From: a virus | Taxonomy: Duplodnaviria > Caudoviricetes | Direction: 5' to 3' (one strand) | Virus record (IMG/VR): IMGVR_UViG_3300021387_001666 | Location: 1-64,000 of that record | DNA length: 64,000 bases | Part shown: positions 16,328-27,564 of the stretch, piece by piece | How positions within the stretch are numbered: the stretch's first letter is position 1 | Layout: each line of letters starts with the position of its first letter | Position numbers and translations under genes: made by a program | The notes under the pieces: generated by a model | The model's database searches: none | What the model saw: the letters and a program-made list of their open reading frames with translations, nothing else | Told to the model about the DNA's origin: nothing

Positions 16328-19300
16328 ATGGATAATGTAATATGGAATAAATGTCAGACACCATTGGAGAAGCTGTCTGTGGTGGTTGATAGAGATACAC
16401 CAGATGAGAAGACTGTTATGTTTAAGGACAGCCCTGAGGAGGTACAAGAACAGTTCTGGGACTATGTAAATAACGTGCCATTTATTAAGTGGATGGTTTC
16501 TCCTAACAGACCGATGGTATCAGAGTTACCAAGGGATACTTATGGAAGGGCCATTATAGATGTTACAAAGCCTCCTATACTGGATGGTTCAGACTATTTC
16601 AGACAGACAGCTTTGGAATGGGAAGAAAACAATGGTCAGTATACTCATATAAAGCCTAATGCTAATCCCAACAGTGAGTTTGGTAAGTGGATTAGAGAAG
16701 AAAGAAGAAGGGGTTGGGAAGGATATGTTAATCCAGATACAGGCATGTGGGTAACAGGAGACTATTACTGGACACTCAATTATTGTCCTATGCATCTTGT
16801 TGAGAAGAGAGATGATGGCTTGGAGATGCGTACCACCAAGCATCCTAAGTTCTGGGATGGTCAGTTTCTATCTACCCACTATATTCTTCAGGCAAGGCAG
16901 AGAAAGCACCATGCAGCCTATCTTGCTTCGCGTGGTAAGGGTAAAACCACTGTTGGTGGAGGAATGCTTGCAAAGAGATTTATTATTGGTGAATTTGAAA
17001 ACAATAAGACAGATATACAATGTCTGGTTACTGCTGCTGATAAGACAAAATTAATTGGTGTAAATCAGATTCTTTCAGTATTTATTGATAATATAGACTT
17101 TGCAGCCAAGAATACCCAGTTTGCTTCAAGGAGGCTTAAAAGCAGTTTACAGGAACTCACATGGCAGATGGGCTATAAGAAGTCAGGCAGTGATGTAGCA
17201 TATGGTAGTAAGAATTCTGTGCAGGGAATTATTTCAGGTGTCAATCAGGACAAACTGAATGGTTCTCGTGGTGTCTTATATATCATCGAAGAGGCAGGTA
17301 TCTTCAAAGACCTTAATGACCTATATGGACTTATCAGACCTTCTGTAGAGCAAGGTTCTTCTGTGTTTGGTGAGATATTACTTTATGGAACCGCAGGTAA
17401 TGAGCAATCAGATTTTACAGCCTTTGCAGAAATGTTCTATTCTCCTGACGGCTACAACCTTTATGGTCTGGAGAATGTCTTTGATAAAGAAGGTCAAGGT
17501 AGGAAACAATGCTGTTTTTTCTATCCAGTCTACATGAACTATGATGATAGTTGTATAGATGAGAATGGTAATAGTGATATTACCAAGGCATTGTTTATGA
17601 TACTCATGGATAGATATAAGGTGAAGTATGGCAGTACAGACATTAATGCTATTACCAAGCGTATCTCCCAATACCCCATCACTCCACAAGAGGCTATCAT
17701 CAGAAGTCAGGGAAATGTATTCCCTGTTACAGAGTTGAATAACAGATTAAATCAAATAGATAATAACCCAGATGAATATAGTGATGTGTATGTAGGAGAA
17801 TTAGTACAGCAAAAAGATGGTACTGTAGAGTTTCAGCCTACAGGAGATATACCTATCAGGGAGTTTCCTACTAAAGATAATAAGGTGTTGGGAGCCTTGG
17901 AAATCTATGAGATGCCCCAGAAGAATAGTGAAGGTAAAGTACCTTATGACAGGTATGGTTTTGGCTGTTTGAAGGAAGGTGAAAAAATTAATACGAGTGA
18001 GGGTCTGAAGCCTGTAGAAACTATTACCCTTCAGGATAGTTTGATAGATATAGAAGGAAATGAGGTGGGAATACTTAACCTTCAGAAGTATTACAACGAA
18101 AATCCTGTGTATAAAGTAAAACTGTTTAATGTATATAGTCCAACTGTATTTAGTGAAGAACATCCTATATATTGCTGTACTCCAGAAAAGCATTATAGGA
18201 GTATAGACGTATGCAGGAGAGAAGGACTTCCTGAAAGATATTATTCCTATGATTTTGTCTTTAAGAAAGTAAAAGATTTAAAAGCAGGAGATGTGGTCAA
18301 GTCTCCAAATATTTACAGAAGGACTTATCCTTATATGTGCTATTGGGAGGATAACAATAGGATAGATAAGAAAATAGAAAATCCCCTATCTAAAGAAGGG
18401 TTTTGGTGGTTGCTTGGTCTTATTATTGGTGACGGTTGGGTATCTTGTGACGGGAAATCTGTTCACATTGTGTTCAATCAAAAGGAAGAATACTATATAG
18501 AAAAGGCAGAGCAGATAGTAAAAGAAGTGTTTAACCGTAAGTTTACACTGGTTAAAACGAATCCTGGCTGTGTAGAATTTTGCTTTGGTAGTAAAGTTTT
18601 ATGGGACTTTATAGCTAAATATATAGGCAGAGGGGCGGAGAACAAAAGTCTACCTGAGTGGATGAAAAGGATTCCGCATCATTTGAAAAAACAATTAATA
18701 CTTGGCTATCTTGCCTCCGATGGTAGTATCACCAATAATCAGGCAGAATTTGTGAGTGTCAGTCTGAAATTATTGTGTGATATGCAGGATATACTTTTCT
18801 CATTAGGTATTATCGGTGGGGTCAGCCAAATGAAAAAATATGTTCAAAAAAGTATAGCAGGAAATGATGTCGTAGGGGTTAAAGATAAATATCATTTGAG
18901 AATATCCAAAATAGATACAGCAAAAATATGTGAGTGGGATACTAATGATTTGAAGTTAAAACGCTTTAGTTTAAATAGTATAGAGGAAGAGAAAAGAATT
19001 AATAGAGTTTGGTTCAGTGATGATTTGGAATACATATACTTTAAAGTAGCATCTGTTGAAACAGAAGAATATGTTGGATATGTGTACAACTTTGAGTGTT
19101 TCACCCATACTTTTATGTGTAATTGGATACCTACCCATAATTGTGACCCCTTTGATGATGATGAATCAGGCACTATGTCTCTGGGAAGCCTATTTGTAAT
19201 GGATTTCTGGACAGACAGGCTTGTGGCAGAGTTTACAGGAAGACCCTCATTTGCCAATGAGCTCTATGAAAAGGTAAGACTGCTGTGCTTATTTTATAAT

Positions 19301-19789
19301 ATGAAAGGTCTCTATGAAAATAACTTGAAGGGTATCTTCAGTTATTTCAGCATGAGAAACTGTACCTATATGTTGGCAGATACTCCAGAGTATCTAAGAG
19401 ATAAACAGCTTATTACTTCTATTGGTTATGGCAACAAGTCGAAAGGAGTCAGGGCTACTACACCCATCATCAAAGCAGGTTTTAGAATGATAAGAGACTG
19501 GTTGCTGAAACCAGTTATTCACATAGAACATGATGTAGAAGGAAATGAGATTGAGGTTACTGTACCTAACCTATATAATATAAGGTGTAGAGCCTTGATA
19601 AAGGAGTTAATTCAGTGGAACCAATATGGCAACTTTGATAGAGTGATGGCCTTAGTACAATTGATGCTCTATAGGGAAGAAAAGATGATACTTTATCAGG
19701 GAGATGTGAAGAATGCAGAAAGTGGTGCTTCCGGTATGGAGAAGGATGACTACTTTGAGAAGAACTATCCTGGAAAGAAACGTTGGTAA
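16328..19789 (+). CDS. terL: Terminase large subunit (contains intein)
   Basis: Walker A ASRGKGKT, Walker B YIIEEAG, motif III YGTAG, nuclease G|CDPFDDD and C-terminal GNFDRV. Confidence 0.95.
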   Translation: MDNVIWNKCQTPLEKLSVVVDRDTPDEKTVMFKDSPEEVQEQFWDYVNNVPFIKWMVSPNRPMVSELPRDTYGRAIIDVTKPPILDGSDYFRQTALEWEENNGQYTHIKPNANPNSEFGKWIREERRRGWEGYVNPDTGMWVTGDYYWTLNYCPMHLVEKRDDGLEMRTTKHPKFWDGQFLSTHYILQARQRKHHAAYLASRGKGKTTVGGGMLAKRFIIGEFENNKTDIQCLVTAADKTKLIGVNQILSVFIDNIDFAAKNTQFASRRLKSSLQELTWQMGYKKSGSDVAYGSKNSVQGIISGVNQDKLNGSRGVLYIIEEAGIFKDLNDLYGLIRPSVEQGSSVFGEILLYGTAGNEQSDFTAFAEMFYSPDGYNLYGLENVFDKEGQGRKQCCFFYPVYMNYDDSCIDENGNSDITKALFMILMDRYKVKYGSTDINAITKRISQYPITPQEAIIRSQGNVFPVTELNNRLNQIDNNPDEYSDVYVGELVQQKDGTVEFQPTGDIPIREFPTKDNKVLGALEIYEMPQKNSEGKVPYDRYGFGCLKEGEKINTSEGLKPVETITLQDSLIDIEGNEVGILNLQKYYNENPVYKVKLFNVYSPTVFSEEHPIYCCTPEKHYRSIDVCRREGLPERYYSYDFVFKKVKDLKAGDVVKSPNIYRRTYPYMCYWEDNNRIDKKIENPLSKEGFWWLLGLIIGDGWVSCDGKSVHIVFNQKEEYYIEKAEQIVKEVFNRKFTLVKTNPGCVEFCFGSKVLWDFIAKYIGRGAENKSLPEWMKRIPHHLKKQLILGYLASDGSITNNQAEFVSVSLKLLCDMQDILFSLGIIGGVSQMKKYVQKSIAGNDVVGVKDKYHLRISKIDTAKICEWDTNDLKLKRFSLNSIEEEKRINRVWFSDDLEYIYFKVASVETEEYVGYVYNFECFTHTFMCNWIPTHNCDPFDDDESGTMSLGSLFVMDFWTDRLVAEFTGRPSFANELYEKVRLLCLFYNMKGLYENNLKGIFSYFSMRNCTYMLADTPEYLRDKQLITSIGYGNKSKGVRATTPIIKAGFRMIRDWLLKPVIHIEHDVEGNEIEVTVPNLYNIRCRALIKELIQWNQYGNFDRVMALVQLMLYREEKMILYQGDVKNAESGASGMEKDDYFEKNYPGKKRW
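17966..19141 (+). mobile_element. Intein with LAGLIDADG homing endonuclease (residues 547-938, 392 aa)
   Basis: Starts CLKEGEKI, block B SEEHP, LLGLIIGDG and LGYLASDG motifs, ends YNFEC..THN followed by extein Cys. Confidence 0.95.
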
Positions 19790-19968
19790 AGGCAGTAAAT
19801 TTTATTGTCAGGATATGCTGATAAGCATGATAAAGGGTACTATTCTTAGTGCCCTTTTTATTAATGCTTATGTGTAGAATAAGTTAGTATGATAGGCATG
19901 AATAAATATGTACTTTTGTGCCAGAAGATTGTAGAAACTTTAAGTAGAATTAAAAGAGAAGGATAACA

Positions 19969-21144
19969 ATGGAAGCATTAGGTTTAGACAACATCTATGG
20001 AGGCCCAGAGATTGATGATCTCTTTGGTACTTCTGATGAAACTACTGTAGAAGAGACTACAGAAGTAGCTGGTGAGGAGAAGCCAGCAGAGAAAAATACT
20101 GAGACAAATAAGACTACTGAGGTTGTAACCCCTGAAGATCTTTTTGAGGATGAAGGTACAAAGCAGCCAGAGAGCGTAGGTAGTGAAGAGCATAATGAGG
20201 AAAAGGGAAATGCCACCACTAGTGAAGACAATGGCACTTCTCCGAAAAACTTCTACTCTTCCATTGCCAATGCCTTGGCAGTGGATGGTATCTTCCCTAA
20301 CCTTGATGAGGAGACTATAGGCAAAGTAACAGATGCAGAGAGTCTGAGTGAAGCTATTGATGCTGAGGTTAATGCCCGTCTTGATGAGCGACAGAAAAGG
20401 ATTTCAAAAGCCTTGGAGAATGGTGTAGAGCCAAACAATATCCAACGCTATGAAGTTACCCTTGACTTCCTCAACAAAATCACAGATGCACAGCTTACTG
20501 ATGAGAGTGAGAAGGGTGAGCAGCTTAGGCAGAGGATTATCTTACAGGATTTCCTTAACAAAGGCTATAAGTCTGCAAAGGCAGAGCAGCTAACCCAGCG
20601 TGCAATTGACAATGGCACTGATGTAGAAGATGCAAAGGAAGCACTCCAGAGTAATAAGGAGTACTACCAGGAGCAGTATGATGAAGTGCTGAAGCAAGCT
20701 CAGAAAGATGCAGAGAAGGCTAAGGCAGAGAAGCAGAAGCAGGAAGAAAAGCTGAAGCAGTCTCTCCTTGAGGACAAGAACCTGATGGGAGACATGGAGA
20801 TTTCCAAAGACATTCGCAAGAAAGTGTATGAGAATATCTCCAGACCTATCTACAAAGACCCTGATACAGGCGAGTATCTGACAGCCATTCAGAAGTTTGA
20901 AGCAGAGCACCCAGGTGAGTTCTTGAAGTTTGCAGGTCTCTTCTACACCTTGACTGACGGTTTTAAGGACTTCAAGTCCTTTGCCAAGGCTGAGGTTAAG
21001 AAAGAAATGAGAAAAGGTCTAAGGGAGTTAGAACAAACCCTCCAGAACACAAGGAGAAATTCCGATGGCAGTCTTAACATGGTTGGCAGCAGGAAATCAG
21101 ACCCAGAGTCCTTCCTTGATGGTGGATTTAGACTTGCCCTTTAG
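19969..21144 (+). CDS. Acidic coiled-coil protein preceding MCP (scaffold-like crAss gene)
   Basis: Acidic disordered N-terminus, coiled coils, position before capsid gene; promoter TACTTTTG 19911-19918. Confidence 0.7.
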   Translation: MEALGLDNIYGGPEIDDLFGTSDETTVEETTEVAGEEKPAEKNTETNKTTEVVTPEDLFEDEGTKQPESVGSEEHNEEKGNATTSEDNGTSPKNFYSSIANALAVDGIFPNLDEETIGKVTDAESLSEAIDAEVNARLDERQKRISKALENGVEPNNIQRYEVTLDFLNKITDAQLTDESEKGEQLRQRIILQDFLNKGYKSAKAEQLTQRAIDNGTDVEDAKEALQSNKEYYQEQYDEVLKQAQKDAEKAKAEKQKQEEKLKQSLLEDKNLMGDMEISKDIRKKVYENISRPIYKDPDTGEYLTAIQKFEAEHPGEFLKFAGLFYTLTDGFKDFKSFAKAEVKKEMRKGLRELEQTLQNTRRNSDGSLNMVGSRKSDPESFLDGGFRLAL

Positions 21145-21221
21145 ACATTAGAAATAACTCAGGGGGTAAAACTTTTGAGTATAGGAAAGAGATTGTTTTT
21201 AATGTTTAACATGTTATTTAA

Positions 21222-22745
21222 ATGGGTAAATTAGGTAAATTTCAAAGTTTGGAGTTTGACAGCTGGGGAAAGACCAGTAAGCTGAATCACCTCGGAGGTA
21301 TCTTCCTGAGGAAGCCTGAGATGGCTACAAACCTGATGGTACAGTTGCTTGCTTTCCATAAGGGTAAGACTCTGGACACCTTCCTCTCACAGTTCCAAAC
21401 CAAGACGTTTGAGAGTGATGAGGAGTACACATGGCCTGTTATTGGCTCTATGGTTAAGAATCTTCCTCTTGTAGAGGCCAGGACTCTTGATGGCACTGTT
21501 GTTGCAGCAGATGCAGCTAATGTAGGAGCCAATGGTGAACCTTTCTATGTTATCTTCGATGAGGATTTGTTTGCAGATGGTGCACTGATTGTAGGTGAAC
21601 TGAATGAAATCTATCCTCTCCGCATTCTGGGTGATGGCTATCGTGAAGGTACTAACATTCGCTACAAGGTACAGGTTTGGGGCAGTGTTGTAGGTGGCAT
21701 GCCTGCTGAGCAGCTTCAGCCTGGTAAGAGGTTCTCTAAGGACTTTGCTCCTGTTGAGCGTGAGTTCTCCCGTAAGGTTGATGACATCACCTTCTCAAGC
21801 CCTGTTGCTATGCGTAATGAGTTCACCTCTATCCGTATGCAGCATAAGGTTTCTGGTGCTCTTATCAACAAGAAGATTGCCTTTGGTATTCCTGTAGAGG
21901 TAGAGACTAATGGTCGATACACTGTCAAGAACTATGACATGTGGATGCACTATGAGCAGTGGGTACTTGAGCAGCAGTGGAATGCAGCCAAGAACAAGGC
22001 ACTTGCTTTTGCCCGCAGTAACCGTAATGGCAATGGTGAGTATCTTGACATTGGTAAGTCTGGTGAGGTTATTCGTATGGGTGCAGGTCTGTTCCAGCAG
22101 ATGGAAGCAGGTAACACAGAGTTCTACAACACCTTCTCTCTGAAGAGGTTTATGACCTGTCTGTACAACATCAGCCGTGCTAACCTTGACTTTACAGAGC
22201 GTAGGTTCTTGGTGAAGACTGGTGAGCTTGGTGCTATCCAGTTCTCTGAGGCAGCTCTCCGTGAGGGTTCAGGTTGGAGTCCCATCAGCTATGAGTATGA
22301 TGCCAATGCTCTGGGTGTATTGACTAAGACTACCTCAAAGATGAATCCCAATGGTGGTGCCTACAAGATGACTGTTCCTCAGGTAACAGAATTTGTGGCT
22401 CCCAATGGTGCTTATGTAAAGATTGATGTTGACCCCATGTATGATGATCCTGTGCGTAATAAGATCATGTATCAGGGAGGTCCTGCCATGAGCCGTAGGT
22501 ATGACATCTTTGACATTGGTACTATGGACCAGCCCAACATTTTCAAGGTGGCTGTCAAGGGTCAGGAAGGTGATATGACCTCTTATGAGTGGGGCTTCCG
22601 TAATCCCTTCACTGGTAAGATGGGTAATGAGTTCATGAGTCATGATGAGGATAGTGCCACCATCCACAAGTTCACTACGACTGGTGTATGTGTGCTTGAC
22701 CCCACAAGGACTGTAAGCTTTATTCCCGATATTCTTCAGGGATAA
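21222..22745 (+). CDS. Major capsid protein (crAss-like)
   Basis: 507 aa, strongly biased codon use, EYTWPV, FSKDFAPVE, GAGLFQQME, TGELGAIQF, PMYDDPVRNK motifs. Confidence 0.9.
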   Translation: MGKLGKFQSLEFDSWGKTSKLNHLGGIFLRKPEMATNLMVQLLAFHKGKTLDTFLSQFQTKTFESDEEYTWPVIGSMVKNLPLVEARTLDGTVVAADAANVGANGEPFYVIFDEDLFADGALIVGELNEIYPLRILGDGYREGTNIRYKVQVWGSVVGGMPAEQLQPGKRFSKDFAPVEREFSRKVDDITFSSPVAMRNEFTSIRMQHKVSGALINKKIAFGIPVEVETNGRYTVKNYDMWMHYEQWVLEQQWNAAKNKALAFARSNRNGNGEYLDIGKSGEVIRMGAGLFQQMEAGNTEFYNTFSLKRFMTCLYNISRANLDFTERRFLVKTGELGAIQFSEAALREGSGWSPISYEYDANALGVLTKTTSKMNPNGGAYKMTVPQVTEFVAPNGAYVKIDVDPMYDDPVRNKIMYQGGPAMSRRYDIFDIGTMDQPNIFKVAVKGQEGDMTSYEWGFRNPFTGKMGNEFMSHDEDSATIHKFTTTGVCVLDPTRTVSFIPDILQG

Positions 22746-22837
22746 TTACTAGAGAAAAGGCAGTGAGGGGATTAAGTTCCTCTCCTGCCCATCTTTTTAA
22801 AATTTAGAATTAAGAGTTATAAAAGGAGAAGCTAAAA

Positions 22838-23857
22838 ATGGCAAAGAAAGAAAGAGTAGAAGAAGAGATGCCAAACTTGGAGAATATCAAGATAGATACC
22901 ACTCCGGCAGAGCAGCAGAAGGCAGTACCTCAGATGCCTGTGCAGGAACCTGTATACCAGAGACCTGCTATAAGGAAAGAGACATCAGCAAGTGAGCTGA
23001 TTAATCCTCTGAGGAAAGAGACAGTGATAGTGAAGTTTGTGGCAAGTCCCAATGCCTTGGTTCATACAAAAGGACATATACTGAGTGGTGGTATGGCAGA
23101 GGGCTCTACCAAGACTTATGTAGTACCAAGACTTCGTAATGGGCAGTATGTAAATGTGCTTACAGACAATGAAATGAAGTTCTTTGAGCATATTATGCAT
23201 CTGGAGCCTGGAGCATTGAGTATCTACAACAGAGTGAATAACTATTGGGATGATTCCAATGAACATGGCTTTGGTACTGTAACTCTGCATAAGCAGAATA
23301 ATTACCTTGACCTCAGTGATCCAATTGACTACATCAAGTATAAGGTGTTGCTGATGAATAAGGACTACATCTGTCCAAGCCTTCAAGAGTTGGAGGAAAG
23401 ACCAAAGGCTACCTATCAGTTTGTCATTGTCAGTGAGAATGCAGAGACCCAGATGAATCTCAGTAAGAATGATGCCAAGCGTGAAGGCTATATTCAGTAT
23501 GGTAAGATTAGTGAGGATTCAGATACCCTCCGTACCATTCTTGAAATCATTACAGGCAGACCTGTTGGCAGCATGACTAAGCTTGACTTCCTTCAGGCAA
23601 AGACTATGGATGAGATTGAGAAAGACCCTCGCAGGTTTATTTCTATCATCAAGGATGCTCTGCTTCCTGCCAAGGTACTCATTAAGAAGTCTGTAGAGGC
23701 AGGTCTTATCACTCGCAGGAATGACCTCTATTATTATGAGGGTCAGCCTATGTGTGACAATGGTGAAGACAGCACACTGAATAATGCCGCCAAGTATGTT
23801 ACCAACATCAAGCGTCAAGAGTTGAAATACTCTTTGGAGGCAAGGTTAAAGAGTTAG
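22838..23857 (+). CDS. Conserved crAss protein downstream of MCP
   Basis: YLDLSDPIDYIKYKVL, KATYQFVI motifs; synteny. Confidence 0.75.
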   Translation: MAKKERVEEEMPNLENIKIDTTPAEQQKAVPQMPVQEPVYQRPAIRKETSASELINPLRKETVIVKFVASPNALVHTKGHILSGGMAEGSTKTYVVPRLRNGQYVNVLTDNEMKFFEHIMHLEPGALSIYNRVNNYWDDSNEHGFGTVTLHKQNNYLDLSDPIDYIKYKVLLMNKDYICPSLQELEERPKATYQFVIVSENAETQMNLSKNDAKREGYIQYGKISEDSDTLRTILEIITGRPVGSMTKLDFLQAKTMDEIEKDPRRFISIIKDALLPAKVLIKKSVEAGLITRRNDLYYYEGQPMCDNGEDSTLNNAAKYVTNIKRQELKYSLEARLKS

Positions 23858-23915
23858 AATAATCAACAGGGTGGGGAGGTAACTCCCTTCCCTTTAAACA
23901 TAAAAGTATAGAGAT

Positions 23916-24815
23916 ATGACTGCACAGGAATTTGATGATGCGTTTGAGGTTTTATACAACAATATTACTTCAAATCAGGCTCCAGGTCTGAATGCTTATG
24001 AGAAGAGTATCTTCTTAACAAAAGCACAGGACGAAATACTTAAAAACTATTTCAATCCCAAGTCTAATAAGCTTGGGGAAGGCTTTGATGGTAATCAGAA
24101 GAGGCAGATAGACTTTTCCATGCTTACTTCTATATCCTCTGTTCAGAATATTGTCTATACTTATGCTACAGATAGCGATGTTACTGATAAAGATGGTAAT
24201 GCTACCTATACCAGAACTTCAGGCAGTGATGCAACTACTACCTATCAGTATGCGCAAGCCTATGATGAAAATGGTGATCCTATTGCTGACCATTATATCA
24301 GAGTATCTGACTCACAAGTTACTGGATTTGGCACTCCTCTTTATGACAACAGAGATGAATCCAAATGTGCCACTCTTCCTTCCAATGTCATGATGATTAT
24401 CAATGAGCGTGTGGAAGTTCTCAGAGGTGGAAGAGATGTGATTTTGACTGTAAAGCCTATATCTTTTGAGGAGTATGACAGGTTGATGAGTAAGCCCTAT
24501 AAGAGACCTTTGAAGTATCAGGCATGGAGACTTATCAACAACCAAGTATCCAATAAGGCAGATTTGGTTGTAGGCCCTGGAGATGTAATTCAAAACTACA
24601 CCCTGAGATATATCAGAAGGCCAAATCCAATTATTGTCTCTAATCTGGATGGATTAACTATCAATGGTAAAAGCGGGCAATCTGAGTGTGAGTTAGACCC
24701 CATTCTTCATGAGGAGATACTTCAGAGAGCAGTAGAACTTGCCAAGGTAGCTTGGACAACTACAGGTCAGGATAATCTTCAGTCAGTGATACAAGCAGGC
24801 CAGAGGAGCGAGTAA
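23916..24815 (+). CDS. Tail ring/tube protein
   Basis: YEKSIFLTKAQ...RYIRRP.PII...CELDPILHEEILQRAVELA. Confidence 0.85.
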   Translation: MTAQEFDDAFEVLYNNITSNQAPGLNAYEKSIFLTKAQDEILKNYFNPKSNKLGEGFDGNQKRQIDFSMLTSISSVQNIVYTYATDSDVTDKDGNATYTRTSGSDATTTYQYAQAYDENGDPIADHYIRVSDSQVTGFGTPLYDNRDESKCATLPSNVMMIINERVEVLRGGRDVILTVKPISFEEYDRLMSKPYKRPLKYQAWRLINNQVSNKADLVVGPGDVIQNYTLRYIRRPNPIIVSNLDGLTINGKSGQSECELDPILHEEILQRAVELAKVAWTTTGQDNLQSVIQAGQRSE

Positions 24816-24837
24816 TAACTAATAAAAATAAATAGCT

Positions 24838-25668
24838 ATGAAGATACAAGAGTTTTCAGATGCCTTTGACACCCTTTTAAATTCGTACAATACACAAGCT
24901 GACTTTGGAGAACAGGCTTCCAGGGCAGAAGTGGTTTTGGATGAATATGAGAAGTCAGTGTTCCTCACTCAGGCACAAGATATAGTAGTCAAGAGTTTCT
25001 TTGATAGGAAGAAGAACTCTACAGGTGATGGTTTTGATGACACTACAGAGAGACAAGTAGACTTCAGCTCCCTTATCAAGGTAGCCAGTCTCCAACCCTA
25101 TACTGGTGAAGATGCCATGCCTTTTGATGATAGGGGTATTATCTATCAGATGCCTCCCAGAAAGCATCCTGTAGAGCAGGAAGGCCAGACAGTATGGGTA
25201 GAGGAAGCAGGTACTACTGATGTGCTGTTCATTCTCAATGAGAAGCTGGTGACAGAGAAGCCTGTTGGAGAGAGTGGTTCCTATAGTAAGGACTATGTGG
25301 TTGTGCCTCTTAACTATAAGGAGTATGACAGAGAGATGTCCAAGCCTTATGCACAACCCAAGAAGAAGCAGGCGTGGAGGATGTTTCAGAATAACAGTAC
25401 TGGCTTTGACATTAAGTCAGAGCTGATACCTATCTTCAATCTCACAGCCAATGAGAGCATAGAGAAATATGTCATCAGGTATGTGCGCAGGCCATGTCCC
25501 ATCATTGTTGCTGACCTTCCTGATGGACTTGAGATTGATGGTTTTACCAAGGCACAGGATTGTGAGTTGAATCCTATCCTGCACCCAGAGATACTGCAAA
25601 GAGCTGTTGAGCTGGCTATCTCTACCAGAGGAGGCCAGAGAGTAGCAAGGGCAGACAATAATGCATAG
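24838..25668 (+). CDS. Tail ring/tube protein (paralog)
   Basis: YEKSVFLTQAQ...RYVRRP.PII...CELNPILHPEILQRAVELA. Confidence 0.85.
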   Translation: MKIQEFSDAFDTLLNSYNTQADFGEQASRAEVVLDEYEKSVFLTQAQDIVVKSFFDRKKNSTGDGFDDTTERQVDFSSLIKVASLQPYTGEDAMPFDDRGIIYQMPPRKHPVEQEGQTVWVEEAGTTDVLFILNEKLVTEKPVGESGSYSKDYVVVPLNYKEYDREMSKPYAQPKKKQAWRMFQNNSTGFDIKSELIPIFNLTANESIEKYVIRYVRRPCPIIVADLPDGLEIDGFTKAQDCELNPILHPEILQRAVELAISTRGGQRVARADNNA

Positions 25669-25675
25669 GTAGCTT

Positions 25676-26413
25676 ATGAAGAATGAGGAATTTTCAAATC
25701 AGTTTGACATTCTTGTAAATTCTTACAGGAGGTTCAGGGACTTTGATGACAAAGAAGCCCCTGATACCATAGAATTTGATGAGTACGAGAAATCCCTCTA
25801 TCTTACCAAAGCACAGGAGGAAATAGTTCTCTCGTTGTATAATGGCAAAAACTCTTCTCTTCAAAGCTTTGAAGAGACTGAGGAGCTGAGAAGATACCTG
25901 TCTAACCTTATCAGGGAAGTGTCTCTCATCCCAGAGACTAATACCTCAGGTACTCCTATTGGTATAGATAAAACCAAGAAGACCAGATTCTTCACTCTTC
26001 CAGAAAACCTTTGGTTCATTACCTATGAAAGTGTGAGTGTCTCTGATAGCAAGTGTGGGGAAGAAACTTCAATGGAAGTTGTGCCTGTCACACAGGATGA
26101 GTACCACAGAATTAGGAAGAATCCTTTTAGGGGAGCCAACAACAGGAGGTCATTGAGACTTGACTTGCCTGACAATATGGTAGAGATTATCAGCAAGTTT
26201 ACCGTCACTTCCTACTATGTGAGGTATCTTATGAAACTTGAACCTATTGTGTTGGGTGACCTTCCTGATGGAGTATCCATAGAAGGTGTGAGTACTGCCA
26301 ATACCTGTAAGGTACATGAGGGATTGCACCAGAGAATACTTGAGAGAGCTGTTGAAATGGCTCTTCAAAGCAGGGGATATATAAGAAACAATAATAATAG
26401 TGAGAATAGATAA
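25676..26413 (+). CDS. Tail ring/tube protein (paralog)
   Basis: YEKSLYLTKAQ...LHQRILERAVEMA. Confidence 0.85.
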   Translation: MKNEEFSNQFDILVNSYRRFRDFDDKEAPDTIEFDEYEKSLYLTKAQEEIVLSLYNGKNSSLQSFEETEELRRYLSNLIREVSLIPETNTSGTPIGIDKTKKTRFFTLPENLWFITYESVSVSDSKCGEETSMEVVPVTQDEYHRIRKNPFRGANNRRSLRLDLPDNMVEIISKFTVTSYYVRYLMKLEPIVLGDLPDGVSIEGVSTANTCKVHEGLHQRILERAVEMALQSRGYIRNNNNSENR

Positions 26414-26470
26414 CGTCTGACAGGGTAGGCCATACCATCAGGCAATGTTTAACTTAAATGTTTTAATATT

Positions 26471-27481
26471 ATGGCTAATTTTTCAGTAAATCAAGTCCAT
26501 CAGTTGTATGTAATCAGTGGTTATAATGCCTCAGTGACTAATGCATCGGCTGTTGGTACTATTGGTGCCATTAAGTCTATTGATGACATTCGTGGTAAGG
26601 AAGTGATGTTCAACTACAAGGGTGCTGAGAGTGTTCTCGCCAGTGACTTCATTCAGATTCACAACATTGGCTATGTCAAGGCAGTTCCTGCTTCAGACAT
26701 GGTTACTGTGATGAAGAAGATTGAGATTACCCTTGACCCCACTATCAACAGTGGTGCCCCTGTAAGTGGTCAGGACTATGTTCTGAGCATTAACTTCAGG
26801 AACTTCTTCTCCAGTGGTGATGCTTCTCAGTACTTCAAGGATGCAGCTGTTCATGCTACTGCCAGCATGAGTGCCAGTGACTTCTACAAGGCAATGGTCA
26901 ACTCACTTAATGCTGCTTTCAGCCGTGAGCCAGGTGCAACCAAGACTTCTAATCCTTACCTGAAGTTCTCTTGGAAGCCCAATGCTACTACTGCTACCAC
27001 TGCTGATGCTATTGTGATTGAGGAGGTTCCCCAGGAGTGGGCACTTGGTACCAAGAAGGCTCGCAGGATTATGTTTGATGTTTTCTGCTCTACCATCTAC
27101 ACTGGTGGTGATGATGTGGTTTGGGGTACTGTGACTGATGCTACTCCTGCCAAGAGTGCTGCTGTTGTAGGTACTAATGCAGTAGGTAATGGTCAGCAGA
27201 TTGCAGACCTTGAGTGGTTCTGCATGGGTGAGCGTGGTGACCAGTACAGGAATGTAGGATGGCCTAATGTCATTCCCACCAAGTATCTGGTAGACCCCAC
27301 TCAGCAGTATCATGTGCTTGAGCTGCACTATGCCTTCACTGACACTGGTGTCAACAGCTACCGCACTGAGAAGGAGATTACCATTGTAGCTCCTGCTACT
27401 ACAGCAGGCAAGGCAGCTCTGAATGACTTCATTGATGCCTTTGAGGCTGCTACTGGCCTTACCATTGCAGGTATTGCCTAA
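26471..27481 (+). CDS. Auxiliary capsid/structural protein
   Basis: Highly expressed codon bias; ADLEWFCMGERGDQYR motif; synteny after ring genes. Confidence 0.75.
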   Translation: MANFSVNQVHQLYVISGYNASVTNASAVGTIGAIKSIDDIRGKEVMFNYKGAESVLASDFIQIHNIGYVKAVPASDMVTVMKKIEITLDPTINSGAPVSGQDYVLSINFRNFFSSGDASQYFKDAAVHATASMSASDFYKAMVNSLNAAFSREPGATKTSNPYLKFSWKPNATTATTADAIVIEEVPQEWALGTKKARRIMFDVFCSTIYTGGDDVVWGTVTDATPAKSAAVVGTNAVGNGQQIADLEWFCMGERGDQYRNVGWPNVIPTKYLVDPTQQYHVLELHYAFTDTGVNSYRTEKEITIVAPATTAGKAALNDFIDAFEAATGLTIAGIA

Positions 27482-27564
27482 AGGTAGGTTTGGGTTATCT
27501 AACTATGGGGAGAGGGACTTTCTAATCCCTTTCCCCTTTTTATTAACTAAAAGAATGATAAGAT

